From an uncultured Planctomycetaceae bacterium (GTDB lineage Bacteria; Planctomycetota; Planctomycetia; Isosphaerales; Isosphaeraceae), in the NCBI GenBank assembly GCA_963833985.1, contig CAWIAD010000001.1, positions 2,092,271 to 2,156,270 of the forward strand: a stretch of 64,000 nucleotides of DNA. Reading direction: 5' to 3'. Shown here piece by piece: positions 21,113 through 31,385 of this stretch (positions within the stretch are counted from its first letter, which is position 1; every line of letters starts with the position of its first letter). The notes under the pieces are model-generated. The model searched no databases. It had not been told where the DNA came from and saw only the letters and a program-made list of their open reading frames with translations. The position numbers were made by a program, and so were the translations under genes.

Positions 21113-23024
21113 TCAGTCGTTGGGTCTGGGCCCACGCTTCAGATCCTCCGGAATCCGATCCGCGTTCGTCGCAGTCACGCCGCTCGGGGTCGGGGCGGCA
21201 AGGCCGTACACATCGACCCGCCCGTCATAGGTCGCCACCAGGACCTTTCCGTCCGCGACGCTCGGAGGGCAGAATTTGCTGAGGTTGAACGTGTTCCCCG
21301 GTATGTGCGTGCTGTCCCAGAGTAACTTGAGTCGGGGGGTGCCGTCGAGGTTCTTCACGGGGTCAAGCCGCGTTGCATCGTAGGCGCGGAGGATTCCTTC
21401 CACCACGTAGCGGTTGGCATCACCACGAATCGGGGCGGTCGCCCAGACAATCGCCGTGTTCGGCTTCGATCCGTTGGCCGAGATCACCGGGAACCCCCCT
21501 GGCATGCCTCCCTTGCCGCCGAACCCCGCGGACGCGACCTCCGCGCTCCTGGCCAGGAAGGTCGCGGCACCGCTGGTGCCGATGGACCAGGCTCGAAGGC
21601 TCTCGTTCTCCCCCCAGGCGAACAGGGTCGGCCCCTGGGCCGGGATGTTGCAGAACGCGGGCGAGCCATGCAGGTGGTGCGTCTTGCCGTCATAGAGATG
21701 ATCAAGGTTGCCAACCTGCGACGCGTCGATGCCGAACCCCGGAAAATACGTGAAGAAGATCGGCGGTGCCTTGAGCCGCGTGAAGTCCGCTCCCTGGCCG
21801 AAGGCGGCCGTGTCCCTGGGCAGAACGTAGAGCACGCCGTCCTTGCCCGCCCCGATCACGAGGTCCAGGCCGGGCAGTGGGACCGGTCCCGCCGAGCCCA
21901 GGTCGTAGTCCTGGAAGTTGTCGTCCCCCTTGCGGTTTCGCACGGTATCGCGAAAGGGCGTGAACCAGGCGACCGCTTCCAGCTTCCCCTGGGCGGCCGG
22001 CCCCGGCGGGGGCGTGTACCGGAGCTTCACGAAACTGTCCGGCAAATCGCCGGCCGCCGGCGGCTGGGTGTTGCCGGCCTCGTCCTCGACCCCGTAATTG
22101 CCGGTCATCACGTAGAGATCGCCGTTCTCGTCGGCCGCCGGCCCCTGGGCGGCCTGCCAGATTCCCGCGCCCGTCCCGTGTGGCGTGGTCGTCCAGGCGG
22201 CCGTCTGGCGGAAGGATCCGGCGTCAAAGGCAATGACCCAGCCATGCGTCGGGTCGTGCTCCTCGTGGGTCATGGCGAAGGCCACGAAGATGGTTTTCGT
22301 CGCCACGCCGGCGCTGCTGGGCCGGCTTGTCAAGAGCAGGCCGGAGCGCTGCTTCTGCCGCGAGGGAACGAACCGGGCGGTGGGGACGCCCTGGTCCGTG
22401 GCCGCGGCCTGGATCACGACCGGCGGATGGGCATCGCTGCCATTGGCCAGGTTCAATGCGTGCAACTGAAAGATCGCGCTGGCCACGCTGCCGTCGCTGC
22501 TGGTCCAGCTCACCACGTACATCGTTCTGGCATCCAGGTCGATGACCGGCGTACTGAGGATTCCCCAGAGCTTGTTCACGCCCCAGAGGTCGATTTCCGT
22601 CGAACCCGGAAACCCGCCCATCGGGGTGGGCTTCGGCTTGACGGGGCGGCCCAGCGAGCGCGGGCTGGACCAGATGGCCTGCCCCGCCCTGACGTCGAAC
22701 GCCCATACGTTGTCGGCCATGGTGCACACGAAGACCACGTCGTGCACTTTGCCGTCGTTCATGGTCAGCCCCGGGACATAGAGCGGCTGCGCCTCGATCC
22801 GGGGGTCATCGGTCACCTGCAAGCTGAGCAGCTTGACCATCAGGTTGCTGCCCACCTTCTCCGGCGTGAGAGCGATCTCCCGCTGGTTCGCGCTGGTGCG
22901 CGCTGTTGCCGGAGCGCGTCAGCCAGGGCGTCTGCGCGGGAAGTGACGCGGCCGCGGCCAGGAGAATGAGCGGAAGCCCCAGGACGGCATAAGCCTGCGT
23001 CGAGCCGCGATGGTTCCCGATCAT
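21113..23024 (-). CDS. Secreted PQQ-like beta-propeller protein; apparent frameshift near 22900
   Basis: Signal peptide plus [54 protein letters not shown]. Confidence 0.75.
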
Positions 23025-23134
23025 GGTGAGTTCCCGGCGGACGGTGAAGCAGAACGTGTCTCTCATGCAATCCAATCATGATTCGCGTGGGCAGACCGAA
23101 GCAGACAAGGACCGTTGCGCTCTGGCTACTTCGT

Positions 23135-23491
23135 TCATCGTGGCTCCCTGACGCCCAGAGTCGCGGGCGGTTCCCGCCAGCGCTGGCGGCGGCGGTCGAT
23201 GAGGCGGGCGACGAAGGTCTCATACTCCTCATGGGACCGGCGCCTCTTCGGGTCCCAGCGCCTCCCTTTCTCCCAGTTGCAAGAACCATGGACGAGACCC
23301 AGGTTCTCCAGCTCGTCAGTGCCTCCCCGGGAGCGTGCGCGGATGTGCTCCAGGGTGGCACCCACACCGGTGGCGCGATCGAAGGCCAGTGGTCCATTGC
23401 AGATCAGGCACTTGCCAACCCAGGTGGCTCCCACCAGCCGGAACGTCGTATCGGTCTCGGCAACCCGGCCGAGTCGTTCGGCAGGCTTCAT
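23135..23491 (-). CDS. Stand-alone HNH endonuclease
   Basis: CLIC...TLEHIRARSRGGTDELENLGLVHGSCNWEKG. Confidence 0.85.
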   Translation of the reverse strand: MKPAERLGRVAETDTTFRLVGATWVGKCLICNGPLAFDRATGVGATLEHIRARSRGGTDELENLGLVHGSCNWEKGRRWDPKRRRSHEEYETFVARLIDRRRQRWREPPATLGVREPR

Positions 23492-23624
23492 GAGGCACCC
23501 TCAATGGATCATGCCATCTCGGATTTGACAGGCCCCACTGGTGACCTAGATTCAGAATGCGGGCTGGTGCTGCTCGGTGCCCTGAATCGAGCCCGCACGC
23601 AGGGATCATCGAAGAAGCGCGGAG

Positions 23625-24681
23625 ATGACGGCCCCTGGGAACGATCTCGTCGGCGACCCAGGTTTCCGCGGCCGGTGTCGTGCAGCAGCGAGGCTCAACA
23701 TGGATGCTCGGGGCAAAACGCAGATCTGCATCTCCACCGTGGCCGGCGAAGATCCCGCAGCCGTGCCCACGGACACATCTCCCTTGCTCCTCTACCTGAT
23801 CATGGTCCGCGGCGGAGTACCGGGCACCATGCTCCGCCTTGCCCAGAAGTCCAGCAGCCTCGGCCGCTCGGCGGACAACACGTTCCAGATCCACGACAGC
23901 ACCGTCTCCCGGCGGCACGCCCTGATCACGGTTGATACCTCCGCGGCCGCGTGGCTCATGGACCTGGGCAGCACCAACGGTACGTTTGTCAATGGCCGGC
24001 GCATTCCCATGCACACGCCGGTCCAGATTGGTGATGGATCCAGAATTCAGCTGGGCTCGGCCACGCTGCTCAAGTATCTCAAGCTCGACCCCTGCGAGGA
24101 AGGCTTCCAGCGCGAGCTTTACGAACGCTCGGTCCGAGACAACCTGACCGGCCTGTACAACCGCGGCTACTTCCTCAGCCAGATCGGACCGCTTGCCGAG
24201 CTGAACACGATGTGCGAGCTTGGCCTGGCGCTGATCCTGGTGGACATTGACCATTTCAAGCAGGTCAATGACACGCACGGGCACCACGTCGGCGACCTGA
24301 TCCTCCGCGAGGTGGCGGACGTGCTCCGCGAGTCGGCCCGGGGAGAAGACCTGGTGGCCCGCTATGGAGGTGAGGAGTTCATCCTGGCCCTGCCGAGCTG
24401 CTCCCTGGAGCAAGCGTCGGAACTCGCCGAGCGGATTCGCGTCCGGCTCTTCGAGCCGGCTGGTCGAGGCCTCGGACGCGCGGGTGAGCGTGACCGCCAG
24501 CCTCGGCCTGTCGTTCGCACCTCCCGGCCGGATCCGCGACATCGCCGCCCTCATCACCGCGGCCGATCAGGCGCTCTACAGGGCCAAGCGAACCGGTCGC
24601 AACCGCCTCGTCGCCCACTCGATGAGCGACCAGGAACCGGGGCGCAAGACCGAATCCGCGGACGCCTTCGTCCTCTTCTGA
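23625..24681 (+). CDS. FHA-GGDEF diguanylate cyclase; apparent frameshift near 24450
   Basis: GR...SRRHA...DLGSTNGT (FHA); DNLTGLYNR, DIDHFKQVNDTHGH, RYGGEEF; tail VTASLG...ADQALYRAK in the next frame. Confidence 0.92.
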
Positions 24682-25049
24682 ATGCTCCGCCCAGCAGACC
24701 CGCCGCACTCTCATGTCCTGCCGCTTTCCGCCGGACTGGTCCGGGCACGACGCGCTCTTCACAAACCGGAGCCAGCGGTCTAAAGTCTTCAGGATCATCA
24801 TCTTATGGCCCTATTTGATGGTCCGTCCGGGGACCGCAGCGAGCGTCCGATCTGCGCTTCGGAGTGGGGCAGGCGGCGAACCCGTGGTCCTCGAGTTCGC
24901 CCGCGGACATGCAGTCTCGGACCGCGCGGCCGGCGGTAAAGAAGCCTGCTGCGTTGCAGTCATCGGGCGGATATGCTGGTGCGGGGCTGCGCCGTTTCGG
25001 CCCCGGCATCCTGGTTTGCAATGCTTGTCACGATCGGGAGAGACCACCC

Positions 25050-25916
25050 GTGCCGCAGTCGAACGACAGTCCTGGATCGGACCTTGCTCCCTGTTGCCTG
25101 GGCGTCTGTAGCTGGAGCCTTCAGGTTCGCAGTGTGCCAGAGCTGCAACGGCTGCTGGAGCGTCTGGGAATCGACGTGGTTCAGATGGCCTGCGGAGATC
25201 CGCAGCACGCGAGCTGGGACGAGGCCGACACCCTCCCCGAGGCTGCGCGTGCGTCCGGGATCGTCATGTCGGCGGCCATGCTGGGCTTTCCCGGCGAGGA
25301 TTACACCACTCCCCAGACCATCCAGCAGACGGGTGGATTTGGCAACCCCGCGACCCGCAGTGAACGGCTGGAACGGCTCGGCTGGGGGCTGAAGCGGACC
25401 GTGGACCTGGGACTTCGCGACCTCACGCTGCACGCCGGGTTCATTCCCGCAGTTGCCGATCCTGCGCGTCCGGCGTTCCTCGACACACTCAGAAAGGCCG
25501 CGGAGCTCGCCCGGCAGTACGGGGTGACCCTGGCGTTCGAGACCGGGCAGGAGACCGCCGGGCTGCTCCTTGCCACCCTGGAAGAGTTGCAGGCGACGAA
25601 CCTGATGGTCAACTTCGACCCGGCCAACATGCTGCTGTACGACATGGGCGACCCGATCGAGGCCGTGCAATTACTCGGGTCGAGAATCCGCTCCGTGCAC
25701 GTCAAGGACGCGCGCCGGCCAAAGGCGAAGGGAGAATGGGGAGAGGAAGTCCCCCTGGGTGAGGGCGAAGTCGGGATCGGGCGGTTTCTCGGTGCGCTGC
25801 GGGAGATCGGATATCAGGGCCCGCTGGTGATCGAGCGCGAGGTCGGAAACCAGGAGCAGCGCCTGCGTGACGTGGCCCACGGTCTGGAAGTTCTTCGCCG
25901 CTGCCTGGCCGAGTGA
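25050..25916 (+). CDS. Sugar phosphate isomerase/epimerase (AP endonuclease 2 TIM barrel)
   Basis: ETGQE, NFDPAN, VHVKD, LVIERE; GTG start inferred. Confidence 0.88.
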   Translation: MPQSNDSPGSDLAPCCLGVCSWSLQVRSVPELQRLLERLGIDVVQMACGDPQHASWDEADTLPEAARASGIVMSAAMLGFPGEDYTTPQTIQQTGGFGNPATRSERLERLGWGLKRTVDLGLRDLTLHAGFIPAVADPARPAFLDTLRKAAELARQYGVTLAFETGQETAGLLLATLEELQATNLMVNFDPANMLLYDMGDPIEAVQLLGSRIRSVHVKDARRPKAKGEWGEEVPLGEGEVGIGRFLGALREIGYQGPLVIEREVGNQEQRLRDVAHGLEVLRRCLAE

Positions 25917-26015
25917 TCGCCGGCAAACGGCAAGGAGCAGGCACTAGGCCTGCTCCGGCAGCCGTGAACCGGTGCGGGTTTGCTGGCGAAGATGATCAAC
26001 TGATGAAGATGCTGA

Positions 26016-26351
26016 TCAGCTGACCACGCTATCGACGACGTGGGCGAGTTCCCGCCCAGCCTCGGTCAGCGCGTAGAAGTTGTGCTTGCCCGACCGCCGG
26101 GGCTCGATGAGCCTGCCGTGCCGCAGCAGCGCCAGGTGATGGCTCACGGCGGGCTGGCTCTGCGTGCCGAGGTCGGTACAGAGTTCGGACACGTTACGCT
26201 CCTTTTCGCTCAGGAGCATGAGAACTTGTAGCCGCGTGGGGTCCGAGACCTGCTTGAGCAGTTCCGCGACCCGCCGGATCTCGGCCAGTGACCGGCCTGC
26301 CGCCGTGGACTTGGCCGTCCGGGTTGCTGACTTCGTGGTGGACGCTGCCAT
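26016..26351 (-). CDS. ArsR/SmtB family regulator
   Basis: SDPTRLQVL...NVSEL...SQPAVSHHLALLR...RRSGKHNFY. Confidence 0.93.
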   Translation of the reverse strand: MAASTTKSATRTAKSTAAGRSLAEIRRVAELLKQVSDPTRLQVLMLLSEKERNVSELCTDLGTQSQPAVSHHLALLRHGRLIEPRRSGKHNFYALTEAGRELAHVVDSVVS

Positions 26352-26446
26352 GGTTTTCCTCAACCATCCGTCTATCAAGGGTTTGCGCGAACAGTGACTC
26401 GGCCATGTGGAATCACGGTATCGTTAGTTATGGATCGCTAGAGGTC

Positions 26447-26475
26447 ATGATAGGATTATCCGTAGATCTCGTCAA
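26447..26475 (-). promoter_or_regulatory. sigma70 promoter for the ArsR gene
   Basis: TTGACG-N17-TATCAT on the minus strand. Confidence 0.65.
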
Positions 26476-26772
26476 GTGCTTCTGTCACTTTCATTCAATT
26501 CAGTTCCAGGGCCGACGACGTCCTAGAAATGCCGATGCGTTTGCATAAGGCGCGGCGGTCCTCAAGGTACGGAATTTGCAGACCCAATCGCTGAATTGAA
26601 CGGGTTTGTTTCAATTTGCGCTGCTTCCCCGGCTGCCGCGAAGCGATCCGGGGGGACTTGCTCTGCCGGTTATCTGAACTTATGATGAGATCACCGCAAG
26701 AAAACGGCGTTCAGGACGTGATCTCCAGCACGGGGCGCCTTGCCACTACTTCTCCGACGAAGGTCGTGATCC

Positions 26773-28236
26773 ATGCCCGGGGCCGCTGCCGCATCACAAG
26801 GGACCCGCACCGCACTTGAAGTTGCCTACCAGCAGTGCATCCACCCCGAGTGCGGCGCGACCTACCCGGTCACGGAAACACATTTCGCGTGCCCTGCTTG
26901 CGGCGATCTGCTGGACGTCGTCTATGACTGGGACCGCCTTCCCGTCCCCCGGAATCTCGCCGAGTTCCAGTCTCGATGGGCTGATCGACTGGATCCGCTC
27001 AACTTTTCCGGAGTCTGGCGCTTTCGCGACCTGCTTCCGTTCGCTCCGGCCGAGAGTGTGGTCACCATCGGCGAGGGCCAGACCCTGCTCCAGCAAGCCG
27101 ACAAGGTCGGGCAATATGTCGGCATGGCACCCGGTCGGTTGCTTCTCCAGTACGAGGGAATGAACCCCTCTGGGAGCTTCAAGGATAATGGCATGACGGC
27201 CGCGTTCACGCATGCTCGCATGGTTGGCGCCAAGCGAGTGGCATGCGCCAGTACGGGCAATACCTCCGCGGCACTGGCAGTTTACTGTTCAGCGACAGGC
27301 CTCGGGTTTCGGGCCATCATTTTTGTCGGTTCGGGGAAAATCGCCTACGGCAAGCTGGCACAGGCGCTCGATCACGGCGCGCTGACCATCCAGATCAACG
27401 GCGACTTCGACGATGCCATGCTCCGCGTCCGGCAAATCGCCGATCGCCTTGGCATCTACCTGATGAACTCGGTGAACCCGTTCCGGCTGGAAGGCCAGAA
27501 AACCATCATGTACCGCGTGCTGGAGGCCATGCGCTGGGAGGTTCCGGACTGGATCGTCGTCCCCGGAGGTAACCTGGGCAACTCCAGCGCATTCGGAAAG
27601 GCATTCATCGAACTGAAGCATCTTGGCTTGGTCGCCCGGGTCCCGAGGCTGGCGGTCATCAACGCCGCTGGCGCCTGCACGCTTGCCGAGCTGGTCGGCC
27701 AGCGCAAGCTTTCGTGGCGGAGCGGCCTGCCCGCGATGGACGTGATCAGCGGCTATTATGGAGAGCTCGATGCGCAGCAGCGGAAGGCGTCGACGATCGC
27801 CTCGGCCATCGAGATCAACCGGCCGGTCAACCTCAAGAAGTGTCTCCGGGCACTCGATTTTTGCTCGGGCGTGGTGCGGCACGTGAGCGACCAGGAAATC
27901 CTGGACGCCAAGGCTCAGGTCGGGGCCGGCGGTCTGGGTTGCGAGCCGGCCAGCGCGGCGACCGTGGCCGGCGCCCGGCGGTTACGCGAGGAGAACGTCA
28001 TTGCCGCCTCCGACCGGGTGGTCTGCATCCTCACGGGACATCAGCTCAAGGACCCGGGGGCAACGGTCGCTTACCACGGTGCCGACGAGCAGCAATTCCA
28101 GAAGGTCCTGGGGAGCCGGGGAGTGCACGCTGCCCCGTTCGCGAACCGGCCGGTCGTGGTCGCCAATGATCTGGATGAAATCGTGGAAGCGATTGCCCGC
28201 CACGCCCGGACCGCGGCTGCCCCGGTGGCTTCCTGA
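26773..28236 (+). CDS. thrC: Threonine synthase
   Basis: [10 protein letters not shown] (PLP Lys), [34 protein letters not shown]. Confidence 0.93.
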   Translation: MPGAAAASQGTRTALEVAYQQCIHPECGATYPVTETHFACPACGDLLDVVYDWDRLPVPRNLAEFQSRWADRLDPLNFSGVWRFRDLLPFAPAESVVTIGEGQTLLQQADKVGQYVGMAPGRLLLQYEGMNPSGSFKDNGMTAAFTHARMVGAKRVACASTGNTSAALAVYCSATGLGFRAIIFVGSGKIAYGKLAQALDHGALTIQINGDFDDAMLRVRQIADRLGIYLMNSVNPFRLEGQKTIMYRVLEAMRWEVPDWIVVPGGNLGNSSAFGKAFIELKHLGLVARVPRLAVINAAGACTLAELVGQRKLSWRSGLPAMDVISGYYGELDAQQRKASTIASAIEINRPVNLKKCLRALDFCSGVVRHVSDQEILDAKAQVGAGGLGCEPASAATVAGARRLREENVIAASDRVVCILTGHQLKDPGATVAYHGADEQQFQKVLGSRGVHAAPFANRPVVVANDLDEIVEAIARHARTAAAPVAS

Positions 28237-28284
28237 ATCCAAACACGCAGGGCCGGCTGGACCGGTCAGGAAGGACAGCATCGC

Positions 28285-29082
28285 GTGAATCAGAAAACAG
28301 TCCGCCTGGGACTCCATGGAGCAGGGGGCCGGATGGGCTTGCGGCTCGTGCAACTCGTCACCGAGGATCCTCGCGTGGAGCTGGGCTGGGCCATCGATCG
28401 GCCCGACCACCCGCGCCGGGGCGAGGACGCGGGCGTGCTGGCCGCCACCGGCCCGCTCGGTGTGCCACTCTCGACGCTCGCCCAGCACGGAGTGCACGTC
28501 GATGCTATGATCGATTTCTCACATCCCCTGGCCACCCTCGAGCTGGCCCGCGCCTGTGCGGAGCGGTCCATCCCCCTGGTCGTGGGCACGACCGGCCTGA
28601 CCGGCCCCCAGCGCGCTGAGCTGGAACAGGCCGCGGCGCGGATCCCGCTGCTGCTCTCGCCGAATATGAGCAGGGCCGTGAATCTGCTCATGCGACTGGT
28701 TGCGGAGACGGCCAGTGCACTCGGGCAATCGGCCGACATCGAGATCATTGAACGTCATCATCGACTCAAGCGTGACGCGCCCAGCGGCACAGCCCTGCGG
28801 CTGGCGGAGATCGCCGCCGGCGCCGCCGGGATCACTCGGTTCATCAGCGGCCGTGAAGGACAGGTGGGGCAGAGACCCGGCAACGAGATCGGCATCCATG
28901 CGGTCCGCGCGGGGGACGATCCCGGCGAGCATACCGTGATCTTCGGCCTGCCGGGAGAATCGCTGGAACTGTCGCATCGCGCCCTGAACCGCGATGGTTT
29001 CGTTCGCGGCGCCATCGATGCCGCGGTTTTCCTGGCAAGGCAGCCGGCGGGACGCTACACCATGAGCGACGTTCTCAGCTAA
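28285..29082 (+). CDS. dapB: 4-hydroxy-tetrahydrodipicolinate reductase
   Basis: GAGGRMG, IDFS, VGTTG, ERHHRLKRDAPSGTA. Confidence 0.96.
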   Translation: MNQKTVRLGLHGAGGRMGLRLVQLVTEDPRVELGWAIDRPDHPRRGEDAGVLAATGPLGVPLSTLAQHGVHVDAMIDFSHPLATLELARACAERSIPLVVGTTGLTGPQRAELEQAAARIPLLLSPNMSRAVNLLMRLVAETASALGQSADIEIIERHHRLKRDAPSGTALRLAEIAAGAAGITRFISGREGQVGQRPGNEIGIHAVRAGDDPGEHTVIFGLPGESLELSHRALNRDGFVRGAIDAAVFLARQPAGRYTMSDVLS

Positions 29083-29137
29083 GCGGACCGAGGATGCGTT
29101 GCCCCAGAAGCTCCTGGCCCCGAAAGGCGAGATCAGC

Positions 29138-29533
29138 ATGGCTCGTTGCGAACAGGGTTACCTCTGCGAGGTTTGCGGACAGGAGGTTGAGGACTTGACC
29201 GACTCCGACCTGTATCTGCGCTACGTCCTGGGCGAGGTCGCCCCCGAGCGGCTGCACTTGCTTCCCGAGCGGCACATTCGCTGCAATCCCGTGCTGGCCC
29301 AGTTCATCGCGACCGAGGGCTGGTTGCCCGTGGTGGTCGAGGGGGCCTTCTCCAGGAGTGCGCTGGACCGGGAATTCGTCGACCACGAGGAATCTCGAGT
29401 CACGCGCGGGTATCATCGACTCCGCGAACTCGTCCGTCTCGGGCTCCCCATCGAGGACTACCCCCTGGCATTGACGGCCGGGGATACCGATCACCCGGAC
29501 GGGCAGGGCGGCGCATCGTCCCCGCATGCATGA
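29138..29533 (+). CDS. Hypothetical protein with Cys/His motifs
   Basis: MARCEQGYLCEVCG...ERHIRCNP; good codon bias; operon position. Confidence 0.65.
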   Translation: MARCEQGYLCEVCGQEVEDLTDSDLYLRYVLGEVAPERLHLLPERHIRCNPVLAQFIATEGWLPVVVEGAFSRSALDREFVDHEESRVTRGYHRLRELVRLGLPIEDYPLALTAGDTDHPDGQGGASSPHA

Positions 29534-29566
29534 CCGACGGCGGTCAAGTTTCCAGAGAGAACACCC

Positions 29567-30160
29567 ATGCTACCTGGTTGGCTCCACTTCTCCGGGTCTG
29601 CTCTGGGGCCGGCAACTCCCGATGAGTACCAGCAAGCGGAGGCTCCATCACAATCGCCGGCCGCCCGCATTCTCTTTCTGGATGACGATCCCGGCCGGGC
29701 CCGGTTGTTCCTCAAGCGCCATCCCGTGGCCGTCTGGGTGCAAACCGCGGAGGAATGCATCATGCACCTTCAAGAAGATTGGGATGAGGTGCATCTGGAC
29801 CATGACCTGGGGGGCGAAATCTTCGTGGATCCAAACCGCGACGATTGTGGCATGGAGGTTGTTCGCTGGCTCTGCACCGACTCAGGACGGCCTCGAGCCG
29901 GGACCTGGTTTTTCGTTCATAGCCACAACTCCGAGGCCGCCGGCCTGATGGTACGTATGCTCCGGCAGCACGCTTACCAGGCCATCTATCGACCCTTCGG
30001 AGTGGACGTCCTGCACCGGGTTTCCAGCGACGAAGACACCACCGGCGACGGCGCCGAATTGCCGGCGGGACCCACCGGCGCGACGGGTTGCGCACCGCCA
30101 GCGAGCGCACCGGGTGTGCGCAGGTGGCTCGGTCGCTGGCTCCTCCGGTACCGCCGCTGA
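29567..30160 (+). CDS. Cyclic-phosphate-processing-type receiver domain protein
   Basis: [28 protein letters not shown]. Confidence 0.7.
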   Translation: MLPGWLHFSGSALGPATPDEYQQAEAPSQSPAARILFLDDDPGRARLFLKRHPVAVWVQTAEECIMHLQEDWDEVHLDHDLGGEIFVDPNRDDCGMEVVRWLCTDSGRPRAGTWFFVHSHNSEAAGLMVRMLRQHAYQAIYRPFGVDVLHRVSSDEDTTGDGAELPAGPTGATGCAPPASAPGVRRWLGRWLLRYRR

Positions 30161-30335
30161 GCGCCCTGGCGGGCCATCTCCGGCCAGCGGTGAAGGCGTC
30201 GATGCCCTTCGGTTCGGGGCTGCGCGGGACCTTGCCGGTTTTGAAATCGCACCCGCTGCCGTATCATGGCGTACTGGTGAACGTGACCGCCGCGGTCACG
30301 GGGCTCGGGACGAGGTTCATGTCCGGAGGGTTGCC

Positions 30336-31268
30336 TTGAGAACCGTCATCACGGGAGGAGCCGGGTTCATTGGCTCGCATCTGTGTGAGCGCTTCCTCGA
30401 CGAGGGCCACGAGGTGGTCTGCGTGGATAACCTGCTGACGGGAACGCGTCGCAACATCGCGCACCTGGAGGGCAATCACCGGTTCCGGTTCCTGGAACAC
30501 AACATCTCCGAGCCGGTGGAGATCGACGGTCCGGTGGAGAACGTGCTCCATTTCGCCAGCCCCGCCAGCCCGGTGGATTACCTCGCCCACCCGATCCCCA
30601 CGCTCAAGGTCGGCTCGCTCGGGACTCACAACGCGCTGGGCCTGGCCAAGGCCAAGAATGCCCGGTTCCTGCTGGCCAGCACCTCGGAGGTTTATGGCGA
30701 CCCCGAGGTGCACCCTCAGCGCGAGGACTACTGGGGCCACGTCAACCCGATCGGTCCGCGGGGCTGCTACGACGAGGCCAAGCGGTTCGCCGAGGCGATC
30801 ACCATGGCCTACCACCGGTTTCATGGCGTGAAGACTCGTATTGTCCGGATCTTCAACACCTACGGCCCGCGGATGCGCCTGAACGACGGTCGCGTGCTGC
30901 CCAATTTCATTAACCAGGCTCTGCACGGCGAACCGATCACGATTTACGGCAAGGGGGACCAGACGCGGAGCTTCTGCTACGTCAGCGACCTGGTCGAAGG
31001 TCTTTACCGCTTGCTCCTTTCCGACCACTCGCTGCCGGTGAACCTGGGGAACCCGTCAGAGATCACCGTGCTGGAGCTGGCCAGGGAGATCATCGCTCTG
31101 GTTGAGGGGACGAAGAGCACCGTCATCCACTGCGACCTGCCTCAGGACGACCCGAAACGGCGCCGGCCCGATATCACCAAGGCGCAAACGCTGCTGGGCT
31201 GGAATCCGACGGTCGACCGTGGCGCGGGCTTTCGCCAGACGCTCGAGTATTTCCGGTCGGTCATTTGA
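30336..31268 (+). CDS. UDP-glucuronate decarboxylase (UXS)-like extended SDR
   Basis: [43 protein letters not shown]. Confidence 0.93.
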   Translation: MRTVITGGAGFIGSHLCERFLDEGHEVVCVDNLLTGTRRNIAHLEGNHRFRFLEHNISEPVEIDGPVENVLHFASPASPVDYLAHPIPTLKVGSLGTHNALGLAKAKNARFLLASTSEVYGDPEVHPQREDYWGHVNPIGPRGCYDEAKRFAEAITMAYHRFHGVKTRIVRIFNTYGPRMRLNDGRVLPNFINQALHGEPITIYGKGDQTRSFCYVSDLVEGLYRLLLSDHSLPVNLGNPSEITVLELAREIIALVEGTKSTVIHCDLPQDDPKRRRPDITKAQTLLGWNPTVDRGAGFRQTLEYFRSVI

Positions 31269-31385
31269 GTGGCCCGCGCGCTGCGATGCGCGTCTCCGGC
31301 CCCAGCCGACCGCTCGCAGTCTCGCCAGCCGGGACGAAATCAGCCTATCGTCCGTTGTCATGCATGAATCACGAAGCGGAGTCCC

